The position numbers and the translations under genes are program-made. DNA of 64,000 bases from Cyanophora paradoxa CCMP329 (taxonomy: Eukaryota; Plantae; Glaucophyta): positions 186,001-250,000 of the forward strand of contig QPMI01000610.1 in NCBI GenBank assembly GCA_004431415.1, given 5' to 3'. The notes below the pieces were generated by a model that was given only the letters and a program-made list of their open reading frames with translations, made no database searches and was not told the origin of the DNA. Position 1 is the first letter of the stretch. Each line of letters starts with the position of its first letter. Of this stretch, positions 24,189 through 36,233 are shown piece after piece.

Positions 24189-26516
24189 ATGGTGGAGGCC
24201 GTCATTGCGAATCTCGACAAGCACATCGCAGACAACACCGAGCTCGCGGTCAAGGTCCGCATCGTTTGGGCACGCGTGGGCGCCCTGCGCTCATCCGGGC
24301 CCGCTCGCAGCATGGCAAGCTCACGGAGGCGATAGAGAACCTGCTATCCCTCGAGAAGCAGACGCGCCTGGTGCGTCCGGGGTCCGCGCCGCCGCCAATG
24401 TGCGGGACGTACGCCTTGGCCCGGCCAGCGAGCGCGGAGCTGCCGCTTGACCGTCGAGCGCTCCCGCCGTCCGCGCGTGAGGCGAATGACCTTCTCCGCT
24501 ACGCAGGCCGGCGAGCTGGCGCCCACTTCTAAGCTCTGTGTGACCATCGTGTCCCTGTGCCATCAGAACAAGGACTGGAAGCAGCTCAATGCACAGATCG
24601 TTGTCATATCAAAGAGGAGATCGCAGATCAAGCAGGCGAGCCACGCGGCGCCCGCGCGGCGGTGCTCGCTTCTGACCGCTCCGCCCGGCGGCCTCAGGTC
24701 ATCACCAACACGGTGCAGGAGTGCATGAAGTTCCTGGACGACACGCCGGACATGGAGACGAAGCTGGCGCTCATCGACACGCTCCGGACCGTGACAGCGG
24801 GCAAGGCGAGCGCGCCGCCCCTCCGCCGCGCCGCACCGCGCCGGCCGCGCCGCTAACGGGGCGCGGGCCGCCGCAGATCTTCGTGGAGAACGAGCGGGCG
24901 CGGCTGACGAAGGTGCTGGCGAAGATCCGGGAGGACGAGGGCAAGATCGGCGAGGCGGCGGAGATCCTGCAGGAGGTCCAGGTCCGACCGCCCGCGCGGC
25001 CGCCCGCCCCTCGCCCCTTTTCTTTTTCCCGGCCGACGGGCGGCCCAGGTTGAGACCTTCGGCTCGATGGAGAAGCGGGAGAAGGTGGACTTCCTCTTGG
25101 AGCAGGTCGGGCCCGCCCCGCCCCGCAGGTCGCCCCCGTCCGAGCCGGGGCCCTCGTGCAGGTGCGGCTGACGCTGGACCACAACGACTTCATCCGCGGG
25201 AACATCATCGCCAAGAAGATCCAGCCCAAGAACCTCGCCGACAAGGAGTTCGAGGCCCGCCCGCGCCCCTCCCTTTCTCCCTCGGGTCGGCCTGCCCCTG
25301 AGCGGCGCGCAGGACCTGAAGCTGCGCTACAACCGCCTGATGATCCGCTACCACTCGCACTCCAACTCGTACCTCGACATGGCCCGCTGCTACCACGCCA
25401 TCTTCAGGTCCGCCCCGCCCCCGCTGGCCCCCCGCCCGCTCTCGCCGACGCCGCGCGGCGCCGCAGTTCCGTCGGCGTGCAGGCGGACCCCGCCCAGTGG
25501 TCCGAGGTGCCGCCCCCCCTCCCTTTCAATCCCGCCTCCGCCCGACGCGCCGGCGCGCAGGCGCTGAAGCGCGTGGCGGTCCTCCTCGTCCTCGCCCCGC
25601 ACGACAACGAGCAGGCCCGCCCCGCCCCTTCTCCTCCAATCCCCTCCTCCGCCCTCGTCTGACCCGCCGCGCCCCGCCGCGCAGAGCGACTTTGTGAACC
25701 GCGTGTACGAGGACAAGAAGCTCGCGGAGCTGCCCGCCTACAAGCGCGCCCCTCTCCCCCCCTCCCCCTCCTCCCATCTCACCCTCCCCCCGCCGCAGGA
25801 TGCTTGTGAAGCACTTCCTGACGAGCGAGCTGATCAAGTGGCCGCTGCTCGAGGAGCTCTACCGGGCCGAGCTGAACGGCATGGACATCTTCGCGGGGGA
25901 CGCCGGCAAGGCGCGCTGGGCCGACTTCGCCAAGCGCGTCGTCGAGCACGTGCGCCCTCCCCTTACCTCGAGCCCGCCCCATGCATCGAGTTTGATCGAA
26001 TTCGATCCGCGCCTCGTGCCGCAGAACATCCGGGTGATCAGCAAGTACTACTCCCGCATCTCCTCCGCCCGCCTCGCCGAGCTCCTCGCCCTCTCCCCCT
26101 CGGTCCGCTCCCGCGAGGCAGGGGGGCGGGAGCCGCGCACCCCCGCCCCGCCCCGGCTGAGCCGCACCGCCGCCCGCAGGAGATGGAGCGGAACGTGTCG
26201 GATATGGTCTCGTCGAAGGCGCTGTACGCCCGCATCGACCGCCCCGCCGGCATCGTCCGCTTCCAGAAACCCCAGGTGCCCCCCGCTGCGCATTCCCGCC
26301 CCCGCCCCCTCCCCCCGCTGACGGCGGCGCTCCGCCCGCCTGCGCAGGAGCCGAGCGACGTGCTGAACGCGTGGTCGGGCAACATCTCCTCCCTCCTCGA
26401 CCTCGTCGAGACCTCCTGCCACCTCATCCACAAGGCCCGCCCCGCCCCGCCCCGGCCCCCCCGCCCCCAGCTGACGCGCCCCGCAGGACCTCATGACCCG
26501 CGGCATCGAGGCGTAG
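24189..26516 (+). CDS. RPN5: 26S proteasome lid subunit RPN5 (PSMD12), 16 coding exons
   Basis: [100 protein letters not shown]. Confidence 0.97.
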
Positions 26517-26607
26517 GCCCCGCGGCTCGCCCACGTGCACGGCCCCCGGCCCGGCCCCCGCCGCCTTCCCCGCGCGCAAGCGCTGCCGGCGTGCGCGCGT
26601 GGATCTG

Positions 26608-26612
26608 TGTAA
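26608..26612 (+). terminator. Candidate TGTAA polyadenylation signal (also at 57201 after CBL, 62717 after the PDE, 33074 after the channel)
   Basis: TGTAA is the chlorophyte-type poly(A) signal and occurs downstream of four plus-strand stop codons. I did not find it after the minus-strand genes I checked. Confidence 0.35.
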
Positions 26613-27303
26613 CTGTATCGTTGCGAAAGCGACGTCTTCGAGGCCTAGGGGCCTAGGGCACCGGCGCGGCGCAGCGGCCCGCGCCGGCGGGGCGGCAGCT
26701 CCCCGGGGGCCGTGGGGCAGGGCTAACTATAGCTAGATAGCTAGCACTATAGCTAGCGCGCAGCGGCCAGGCGGGACGCCGCCCCGGGGGCAGGGCCAGG
26801 CTAGCGCTCTACCTAGCGAAGAGCTTGCGATCGCGAGGATCGTCAATAGAAGGTACGGGGCCGCTAACCAAGTCACACGTACCCCCGTTGGGCGAGTTTT
26901 CAGCTTTCTGGATCCCGGAATCGAAGCTGGTGCATGCGCGCGGCTTGCACTCGCGCGGCCTTCTTAGCATCGGCATCGCGCAGCCCACTGCCAGCAGAAT
27001 TGCGCCCCGCCCGCGAGTGGCGTTCCTAACTTGGTAACGCCCGTGCACCAAAACTGGCGGGGGCTGGCCGCTCTCTTTCCAAGGCTCATTAGCTCTCGGC
27101 CATTTCAGTAGATAGGCGATCAGCCTGAGCCCGCATCGGCTACAGCGCGGCGGCATAAGCGTACGGTCAACGTGACGGGCCTCGCTCTCCAGCGCGCAGC
27201 ACGCCGCAGGCATCTGCGCTATCGAGCGCACACCCAGTCCCTTGCAAGCGCCCACACTTAGCGGCGTCCCTGCGGACCCGGTGGCGCAGGGCAGCCCGCA
27301 GCG

Positions 27304-30300
27304 ATGAGCGTCGAGCCGGGTTCGGCGCAGAAGGCGGCGCGGGGCGTGCGGATCGCCCCGAACGAGGTGGAGCGCTCGCCGGACAGCGAAGTGGAGCTGG
27401 TGAACCTCTCGGATGACCCCCAGCGCAAGATCCCCCAGCTCGAGCTCCCCGCCAAGCGCAAGGACGGAGCCGCCGGCGCGGCCGCCGCCGGCGACAAGGA
27501 GGCCCCGCAGGCCACGGCGCGCGGGAACAAGCTGAGCTTCGCGGAGAGCCTGCGGCAGAGCTTCCGCCGCAAGAACCCGGCCGACAAGTACGTGCCGGGG
27601 CCGGAGACGGTGCGGGGGACGTGGGCGCAGCACGCGATGAAGACGGCGAGCCGCCTGTCGAGCACTGCGGCGGCCTCCAAGGATGGCGAGCGCGACTCGG
27701 ACGAATGGAGCGACGAGGAGGAGCAGGACGAGGCGGCGCGCGCCGAGGCGAAGGCCGCGCTGCTGGCGGAGGCGGCGCGGCAGGCCAAGCCCTGGAACCG
27801 GCTGAAGCGGCGTCTGCGGGTCGAGTTCGTGCTGCGGCCCGACGACCCCCGCGTGAAGCGCATCGTCTTTATCGTCTTCTGCTTCAACCTCTGGAACCTC
27901 GGTGCGGTCCCCCGCCCGGGGGTCCGGCACGCCTGGAATCCAGCGCCCCGCCCTGGGACCCACGGGCTTCATAGGGCGCCCCCTCTGAGGCCCCCTCCCC
28001 TCGCAGCGATCCTGCCCTTCCGCTGGCTCTTCATCGGCCTCTCCGCGCCCTCCGACTACGAGCCCTTCGAGATCGCCCTCACTGTACTCGACCAGATCGG
28101 GTCCGCCGCCCCCCAGCCCCCCCCCCCCCCCTTCCCCCTCACCTGAGCGGCCTGGCTCGCAGAGACTTCGTGATGTATTACGAGTACTTCCTCCGCTTCC
28201 GCACCGCGTACCAGGCTCGCTCCCAGCAATGCGCCGTACCGCTAAACGGCCGAGCCAACGGGGCGCGTGCAGGACGACACGACGATCGTGCGGGACACGG
28301 CGCTGATCCGGCGGCGGCTGCTGCGCTCCAGCGAGACGTGGATCGACACCGTCGCCGCCCTCCCGCTCGACTTCTTCGGCCTCCTCGCCAACTACCGCTA
28401 CTACCTCCTCCTCCGGCGAGCCCGGCCCTCTGGCTCGCTCAGCTGCGCCGCGGCTCACGGGCAGGGCGGGGCAGGGCGGTGCGCTTCCTGCGCATCCCCT
28501 CCCTGTGGCGCGCCTTCTCCGTGTGGGAGAAGGGCTCCTCCATCGGCAACTGGCTCCGCCTCCTCAAGATGACCCTCGGCCCGCCCCGCCCCGCTCCGCC
28601 CCGCCCGGCGCCGGCATCTACCTCCTGGCTGACGCCCGGGGCGGCGCAGGGATCGTGCTGCTCATCCACTGGCTCTCGGTCATCTACTACGCCATCTGCC
28701 TCACCGAGGGCTTCGGCCAGTGCGCGCCGGCCCGCGCCCCGCTTCCGAGCGAGCCCGGAGCGAGCTCCGGCCGAGCGCTGACGCCGCGCGGCGCCCTGCG
28801 CGCAGCGGGGAGTCGTGGACGATCTCGGCGGAGAGCTGGGTGCTGGATTTCGTTGACGCCCGCTTCGCCCAGTCCGTCTACAACATCGGTGCCCCCCCGC
28901 CCCGCCGCGCAGGCAGTTTCGATGCTGACGGAGCGGCCGGCGGCGCCCCTGCCACAGTGTCGATGCTGATGGGGAGCGACCTGCCGGGCCCGCCGGCGAC
29001 GCGCGCCGAGCTCTACTTCTCCATCGTCGTCAAGCTCACCGTCCGCCCTCCACGGCCCCCCGCGCGGCGCGCGTGGCTGACTCTGCCTGCTCCGCCCCGC
29101 CCCGCCTTTGCAGGGCTTCATGGCGGTGGCGACCTTCGTGGGTAACGTCTCCCTCGTCCTCGCCAACCTCAACGCCGCCGAGGCCCGCCCCCTCGCCCGC
29201 CCGCTCGCTCTTGCACTGGGCGGGGCGCCGAGGCGGGCCCCGCGGGCGCGCAGGTGATGTTCAAGCAGAAGCTGGACGTGATGAGCGAGTACATGCAGTA
29301 CCGCAACCTCCCCGACGACCTCCGCCGCCGCGTCCGCGACCACTACGACGGTGCCCGCCCCCGCCCGCCCCGCGCGAGGCCGGCGCGGCAAGGGCGAGCC
29401 GGGGGCGGGGCGCAGTGGTGTGGATGCGGCAGCGCGGGCTCGACGACTCGGTCATCCTCGAGGACCTCCCCAAGCACCTCAAGGTCCCGACCCCGCCCCG
29501 CCGGCCCTGCTGGCCCCGCGCCCCGCGCCCGCGGCCGGCGCCGACGCCACCGGCGCCTTGGCAGCGGGAGGTGATGGGGCACCTCAACCGCGAGCTCCTC
29601 TCCAAGGTGCCCCTCTTCCAGAACGCCGAGCTCGGTGCGCCCGCCCGGCCCCGCCTCCTTCCCCGCCTCTCCTTCCTGCCGCCCCGCCCGAGCCTGGGGC
29701 GTCGGGGCGCAGGCTTCCTGAACGAGCTGGTGACGCGGCTGCGGCCCGTGCTCTACGGCCCCGGCGAGGTCGTCTGCCACCAAGACGAGGCCCGCCCCGC
29801 CCCCCGCCCCCGCCTTCCCCCGCCCCCGCGAACCCCCCCGCAGGTGGCGCACGAGATGTACTTCGTTTACAAGGGCCAGGTCCGCGCCGCGCCGCGCCAC
29901 ACAACACAGCCCCTCCGCCCCCTCACCCCCGCCTCCTCCCTGGCAGCTGCGGGTGACGCTGAACAACGGGCGGCTGACGCTGGCGACGCTGCGGGACGGG
30001 GACTTCTTCGGGGAGATCGAGCTCCTCTACGAGATGAAGCGCGTCGCCGAGGCGCGCACCCAGCGTCCCCGCCCCCAGCTCCCCCCCGCTGAGGGCCGCT
30101 CGGGCAGGTGCGGGCGGAGACGCACACGGACCTCTTCGTGCTCTCGGCGGGGGACCTGCACGAGGTCCTCGCCGACTTCCCCGAGATGCACGCCATCCTC
30201 CGCGAGGTCGCCCGCAAGCGCCTCACCGGTCCCCGCCACGCCGCCCCTCTCTGTTGCTGCTCTGCATCGCCCCCGCTGAGGGGCTGCGGGGGCGGGGGCA

Positions 30301-32704
30301 GACACGCACAAGCAGCGGATCAAGGCGATGAAGCGGCCCTCGCAGGCGGACCTCTTCGGGAAGGGGGGGATGACGGGCCGGGCCGCCCAGCAGCTCATGC
30401 CCCGCTCCCGCAACATCGTCTCCGACAAGGCCACCCGCGCCCGCCTCGCCCAGGTCCGCAGTCCCTTGCCCTCCTCCGTTGTCTTTCTTCCCCGCCCGAC
30501 TCTTCCCCCGTCGCCCCCCGCAGCTCCAGTGGTCCCTCCGCATCATCCGCCGCTTCGTGCGCGCGTGGGCCGCCAAGCGCCGCAACCCCTCCCGCATGCC
30601 CTTCATCGAGATCCTCAAGCGGTGCCCCCGTCCCCGCCACCGCCATGGACCCCCCTCCCCGCCGACTCGCCGCACCCGCAGGCGGCACTCGTTCGACGAC
30701 GACTCGGTGGTGCCCGGCGTGCCCCTCAAGTCCATCTCCCAGGTCGTCGCCGCCGTCCGGGTGCGCCCGCGTACCCCCCCCCTCCCCGCCCCGTCCCTGT
30801 ACCCCCCCTCACGCCCCCCCAGATGGCGGCGAAGGCGAAGTCGCCGAAGGACCCGAACGGGGGCACGTGGGGCGAGGAGCAGCCGTGGCTGGCGCTGCGC
30901 AAGGGCGGCTTCGCGCGGCGCCGCCCGTCGCTCCCCGCCCGCCTGGACGGCTCGCGCTACCTGGTCGCCCAGCGCGCCCTCGCCGAGATACGGCGCCAGG
31001 CCATCGTCGCCGCCTCCGCGGGGCCCGCCCCCGCCGAGTTCACCCCCGTCCTCGAGCTCGGGGCCGCGGGGGCGGGCGCCCCGGGCCGCCCCTCGGTGAA
31101 CGCGGGGGGCGGGGCGTCGGCGAAGGGCCGCCGCAGCCGCCGCCGCACGATGCTCCTCCCCGAGGAGGCCATGGGCCTCGTCGCCCGCGGGCCCGGCCTC
31201 CCCCCGGCCTCCCCCGGCCTCCCCCCGGCCCGGCCCCGGCGCCCTGGGCCTCCCCCCGACGTCCGCGCCCGCGTCGAGGCCATCGCAGCCGCCGCCGCCG
31301 CCGCCGCCGCCGCCGCGAACCCCTGGCTCATCGCCCCCCTCTACCAGCCCATGGAGCCGCCCAGCCCGCAGCTCCACGCGCAGCTCCCGCCCCGCCGCGC
31401 CTCCGGCTCCTCGAACCCCGCCGTGGGCCCCTCGCCGCGGCGGACGCCGGCGCACCTCTCGAACCAGACGAGCCCCGTGCTGGGCCCGGCGAAGCCGCCC
31501 TCGCAGGTGTCGCCGCTGCTGGGCGCGGCCAAGCCGCCCTCGTTCGGCGGCTCCTCCTCCATCCGGAGCCGCAAGGGCCAGGGCCTCTCCGTCCAGGTCC
31601 ACGACGCCCCGGGCGGCCCCGGCGGCTTCGGCGCCTCCTTCCCCCCGCCCGCCGCCCTGCCCCCCGCCGCCCTCTCCCCCGCCGCCGCCTCGACCCCGGC
31701 CTCCTGGTCGGCCGGCGCCCCGAGCCCCGCCGTGACGGGGCCCGCCTGGGCCGGCCTCGCCTCCCCTCGGGCGGCGGCGCGGGCGCCGGGGTGCTGCCGA
31801 CGCCGCAGCCGGAGAGGCGGGGGCCGGAGGAGGGGGAGGGGGCGTCGCAGGGGCGGCGCTCGACGCGGTCGGGGCGGCGGTCGCAGCTGGCGGGGGAGGG
31901 CGCGCTGCTGCCCTCCGAGGCGGAGGGCCTGCGGCGCCTGGAGGAGCACATCCTCCAGCAGGAGGCCGAGGAGGCGGCGGCGCGCGCCATCGCCCAGGCC
32001 GAGGGGCGCCGCGGCCAGCGCGCCTACCACGGCGAGCCCCCGCCCCCCTCCCGCCTTCCCCCTCGAGCTTCTTCCTGACGGGCGCGGGGCAGACGTGCTG
32101 GCGCAGGCCGAGGAGGTGCTCCGCGCCGGCGGCGACGCCGGCGGCGGGGCGGGGGCGGCTTCATGGCCGGGTGCGCCCCGCCCCGCCCCGCCCCGCCCCG
32201 CTCGCGCCTTGCTTTCTCTCGAGGATCTGACGCGGGGCGCAGCCTCGCCTCGTACGGCCCGGCTGCCGGCTACGGCGGCATGGGCCACCGCGCCAGCGTC
32301 GCGGGGGCCGCCAGCGGGGCCCGCCTCCCTCCCAGCGCCTCCATGCGCCGCTCGGTCCGCCCGCCCGCCCGCCCGCCCGCCCGCGCCCACCGCCCACCGC
32401 CCCGCCCCCTGCGTCCCTCTGATGTCTCTCTGCGCGGCAGATGATCGCGGGGGCGGGCGGGGCGGGGGCGGGGCGGCGGAGCAGCTCGATGGCGATGGGG
32501 ATGGGGATGGGCGGCGGCGGGGCGCTGGACCCGCCGGCCGCGAGCATCGCCGCCGCCATCGCCCAGGCCGTCGCCTCCCAGTACCAGCAAGCGGCGGCGG
32601 CGCAGGCGCAGGCGCAGGCGTACGCGCAGCAGGCGGCCCAGCAGGCCCTCGAGGGCGACGGCCTGGGGCGCAGGGCGAGCCACGCCCGGCCCCCGAGCCA
32701 CTGA
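27304..32704 (+). CDS. Cyclic-nucleotide-binding-domain 6-TM cation channel (CNG/HCN-like)
   Basis: FLRFRTAY, IDTVAALPLD, S4 RAVRFLRIPSLWR, C-linker KQKLDVMSEYMQYRNLPDDLRRRV, ILEDLPKHLK, KVPLF, CNBD EMYFVYKG...GDFFGEIELL...RVAEVRA, then a long low-complexity tail. Confidence 0.92.
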
Positions 32705-33418
32705 GCCAGCGATCGCGAGTCAGCGTGACCGGATCTGAGCGACAGATCCGCGAAGCCCTTCGAATATTTCCTTAGCAATATCTGCCCGACACCGCCCCCG
32801 AGATTTCTATTTCCTTTTCGCGTGGCGCGCATTTCGTATTTTGCATTTGCGTATTGGTTGCAGTGTGGTGTCCCATTCTCTGCAGTGGTGTGCGTTCTCT
32901 GCAGTGGTGTGCGTTCTTTCTCCCCCATGTCCAGTTCATGCAGCCCGATTTGTGCGTAGTCGATACACTGAGATCTAGCTGTAGGCGTTTATAGAGCGTG
33001 CATTAATAGAGCGTGTTGTCGTGTAGCGAAGCTACATGAATGCTGTCTCTGACAGGGGTCGGCACTTTATTACTGTAACTATAAGAATAATGTAAACGTA
33101 GATCCCGATCCGATCATGAATATATAGCCCCCAACGGACCAGCATGCAGAGGGTAGCGGGTAAACATATAGGCGTGGATCCGATAACTATGTAGGCAAGA
33201 AGCCTCGTCGAGGGCGCCGGCCTAGCGGCGCCCCAATGGGCCCCGCGGCGCCCAGCAGCAGATTTTGCAGGTGGTATTATAATATAATTAATTATACGTT
33301 TCCAGCTGCGCAGGGCGGTTCACAGCTGCGGTCATGATCATATGCATAGCGCACAGCTGCAGTAAGTTGCCAGTAACACACTGTGCCACACTCTCGCGTC
33401 ACATTTTCTGAATCGATA

Positions 33419-35830
33419 TCATTGATCATGAATCGGCCAGCGATCCCAGAACATGTTCTTGATCGCGCCGCTGGCCTCCGCGAACGCGGGCTCAAGCATC
33501 CCCCCATTCTTAAGTTCCACCCTCACCAAGACCTGCGGCGGAAGGCCCCGGAGAATCTGACGATCGCGAGCGGTCGGACGGGGGCTGCCGAAATCAAGCG
33601 GGGATCCGGAATTCGAAGGTACCTCGTAGGGGCGGGCGGAGGCGGGGCCCGGGCCCGGGCCCTCCAAAGAGCAGCAGACGACGAGGCGCTCGAGGGCGGG
33701 CAGTGCGACGACGGCCTCCGCTTCGGCCTCCGAGAGGGGGCGGTCGTCGAACGAGAGTTTCAGAGAGTAGAGCGCCCGGCGAGCCCCAGCGCTCCGGAGG
33801 AGGGCGACGACACCATCCAGCGCAGCGGGCGTGTCTGCAGCAACGTTAACGGTCATATGCCTGAGATCGGGCTATAGGCTATCGCTAGAGCAATATTAAT
33901 ATTTGTTAGTTATAGAGCCCTGGAATTGAATATATATCGGAAAGCTCAATTGCGAGGGCGAGGCTCACCGATATAAATGGTCAGCCGGAGCCGCTCCAGG
34001 TGGGGGAGGCCGGACAGTGCCTCTGCCAGGGCTCCGAGGCGGGGTGCAACTGGGGGGGCATCGGCGGAACCGCCAGAGATCCAGACCGAAAAATCCCGCA
34101 TGCTTGTAATCCGGCCAAGAGCCGAGACAAACGAGACATCGACACGATCAAAATCAAGCTGCAGATTCGAAGAGCGCGTTGGAGTATGCCAATCAACATG
34201 TGTGCACAGAGAATTTTTCATGTTAATTCCGCGAGGGCAGAAAATTATATATATCGTTTATAATTATACATATAATTGAAACGTATACGTAGCACACCCA
34301 CAGCGGCCTGAAAGTTTCCAGGTGCGGGAAGCGGGTCAGCGCCTGCAGCGCTGCAGCTGCATCGAAGATTAGAGTCTCAGGGTATGCGTCAGAGGTTGGT
34401 TTCGGAAATCCGCCTTGCCTGCAAGCGCATTCGCAGATAATTTAATACAAGAACACGCGTACGCGCACCTAATGAGCGAGGACTCATCAAGGAAAGTTAT
34501 GCTCTTGAGGCTCTTGCCCGCAGCGCCGCCCGCCAGCGCCACCAGTCCAGCAGTGACGTCGACATCGACTTCGTAGTAGCTCCACGCAATCACCAGCTGC
34601 TCCAGCTGTGCGAGGGTCGAGAGCGCCGCGAGCACTCCCGGGACGTAACAACAGTCTGCGGTGAGGCAAACGGAATGCAGGCGGGGACAGGAGGCCGCGA
34701 TAGCTGCCGCAACATCCGATCCAGCACCAATCGACTTGCAGAAGGAAAGGTTCAAATTCTGCAGCTTGCTGAATGGTGCGAGAGCGGTGCTCAGGTCGGA
34801 AGCCAGTGGCCACGGCACCAAATCCGATCTATCGGCATCTGAGCTGCTGTACTCGCAAGTGAGGCCGACGCTGAGGCTCTCCGGATCCAGAGCGCTGGCG
34901 GTTCCATCCGGCGGCCGCAGCGCCCGCAGCACCCCAAGCAGGTAGCTGCCGAGGAAACCTTTCTCGACATCACCCATCATGGTTTCGAAAGCTTCTCCCG
35001 CGCGTACTTCAACAATCACGTTCCGTGCACGCGGCTGCCTCGCGATCGCGATCGGGACGCCGACGTACGCGTCGGCGCCATGGCCATGGCCATGGCCAGC
35101 TGGAGCGCTAGCGCTCGCTATAGCGCTGCGGCTGTACGATTGCGAAATGCAAGAGAGGAGCTGGCATGCTGATGCGACTGTGCGCCTGTGACTGATCGTT
35201 GCCGCTCTATCGCTCTCAATTTCTGAAAGCTGCGGACTGATCGACACAGTGGCGTCGTTGCTGAGGCGAAGCTTTCGCTCCTCGAAAAGTAGGGATACGG
35301 CGCTGTACGTCCGGTCTCCTTTCCGCTTCCCCCCGCCTGCACCCAGATCGAAGTACGCCCACTCCGTGTCCTGAATTATCCGCCGCCACCGCCTGCGGCA
35401 CAGATTTTTGAATAGATGAGACTCGCGATCGAGCGCTCGCGATCGAGCTCGAGCGCTCGGACCTGCAAACACGACGCAGTGGCCAACTCTCCCGAAGCCC
35501 AAGCGCCTTGAAGACGTCGCCCATCACCACGTCAGGCAGCGCATGGAGCGACAACAGACCTGCGCATGCGGAAAAGAGCGAGTTTTGCGATAAGTGCGTG
35601 GCGAATTTCGCGATACGTGCGTGGCGAATTTCGCGAGAAGTGCGTGGCGTACCCACGGCGGCCGCTTGCGGTTCTAGATCCTCATCGCGAGGTCGCTTCT
35701 CCGCGCGCGCTCGGGCTCGAGTTGTATAGTTCTGCGAATCAAAATATCGATGTCAATCTCATGATCACGGAAATATCGTGCGCCGGGCTGCGCAAATTCG
35801 CACCTTCCGGCTCTCAGCACGTCCCGACAT
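33419..35830 (-). CDS. F-box / LRR-like protein, 8 exons, lower GC than its neighbours
   Basis: Splices into one frame: MSGRAESRK-NYTTRARARAEKRPRDED...LHALPDVVMGDVFKALGLRESWPLRRVCRRWRRIIQDTEW...FSKLQNLNLSF, CPRLHSVCL, LPHLERLRL, LPALERLVV...IKNMFWDRWPIHDQ-TGA. Confidence 0.8.
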
Positions 35831-36233
35831 CGTGAAAAAGAAGAGATTGTGGCTGCCGGCGTCGATCGACGTCGCACTGGATCGGAGTCGAAGGGATATA
35901 TATCAGAGAATTAAATAGAGAGAGTTTAAAAAGAATAGATCTAGAGAGAGAACAGCTAGAGAGAATAATTATATAACTGAATTGAGAGAGCTCGAGAGGT
36001 GTACGTGGGGGCTGCTAGCGCGGCTAGCACGGCCCAGCATGCGCAGGCCGGCGCCGGCAGAGCTGAATTTGAAGTGAGAGACTCCGGGAAATCCCCGAGC
36101 TCGCATGCAAGACGCGCTTGTGCTTGTCAAATGAAAGACATGAAAGAAACAAAATGGTATGATCATCGAATTGATATAAATGATCATGAGATGGGGTCGA
36201 GGGGAAAGGGAGAGAAAGTTGCCGGGCAGAGGG

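Noticed and set aside
33840-34330. Apparent stops and frameshifts suggesting an F-box pseudogene
   Set aside because: GT-AG introns with downstream CAG acceptors restore one continuous frame.
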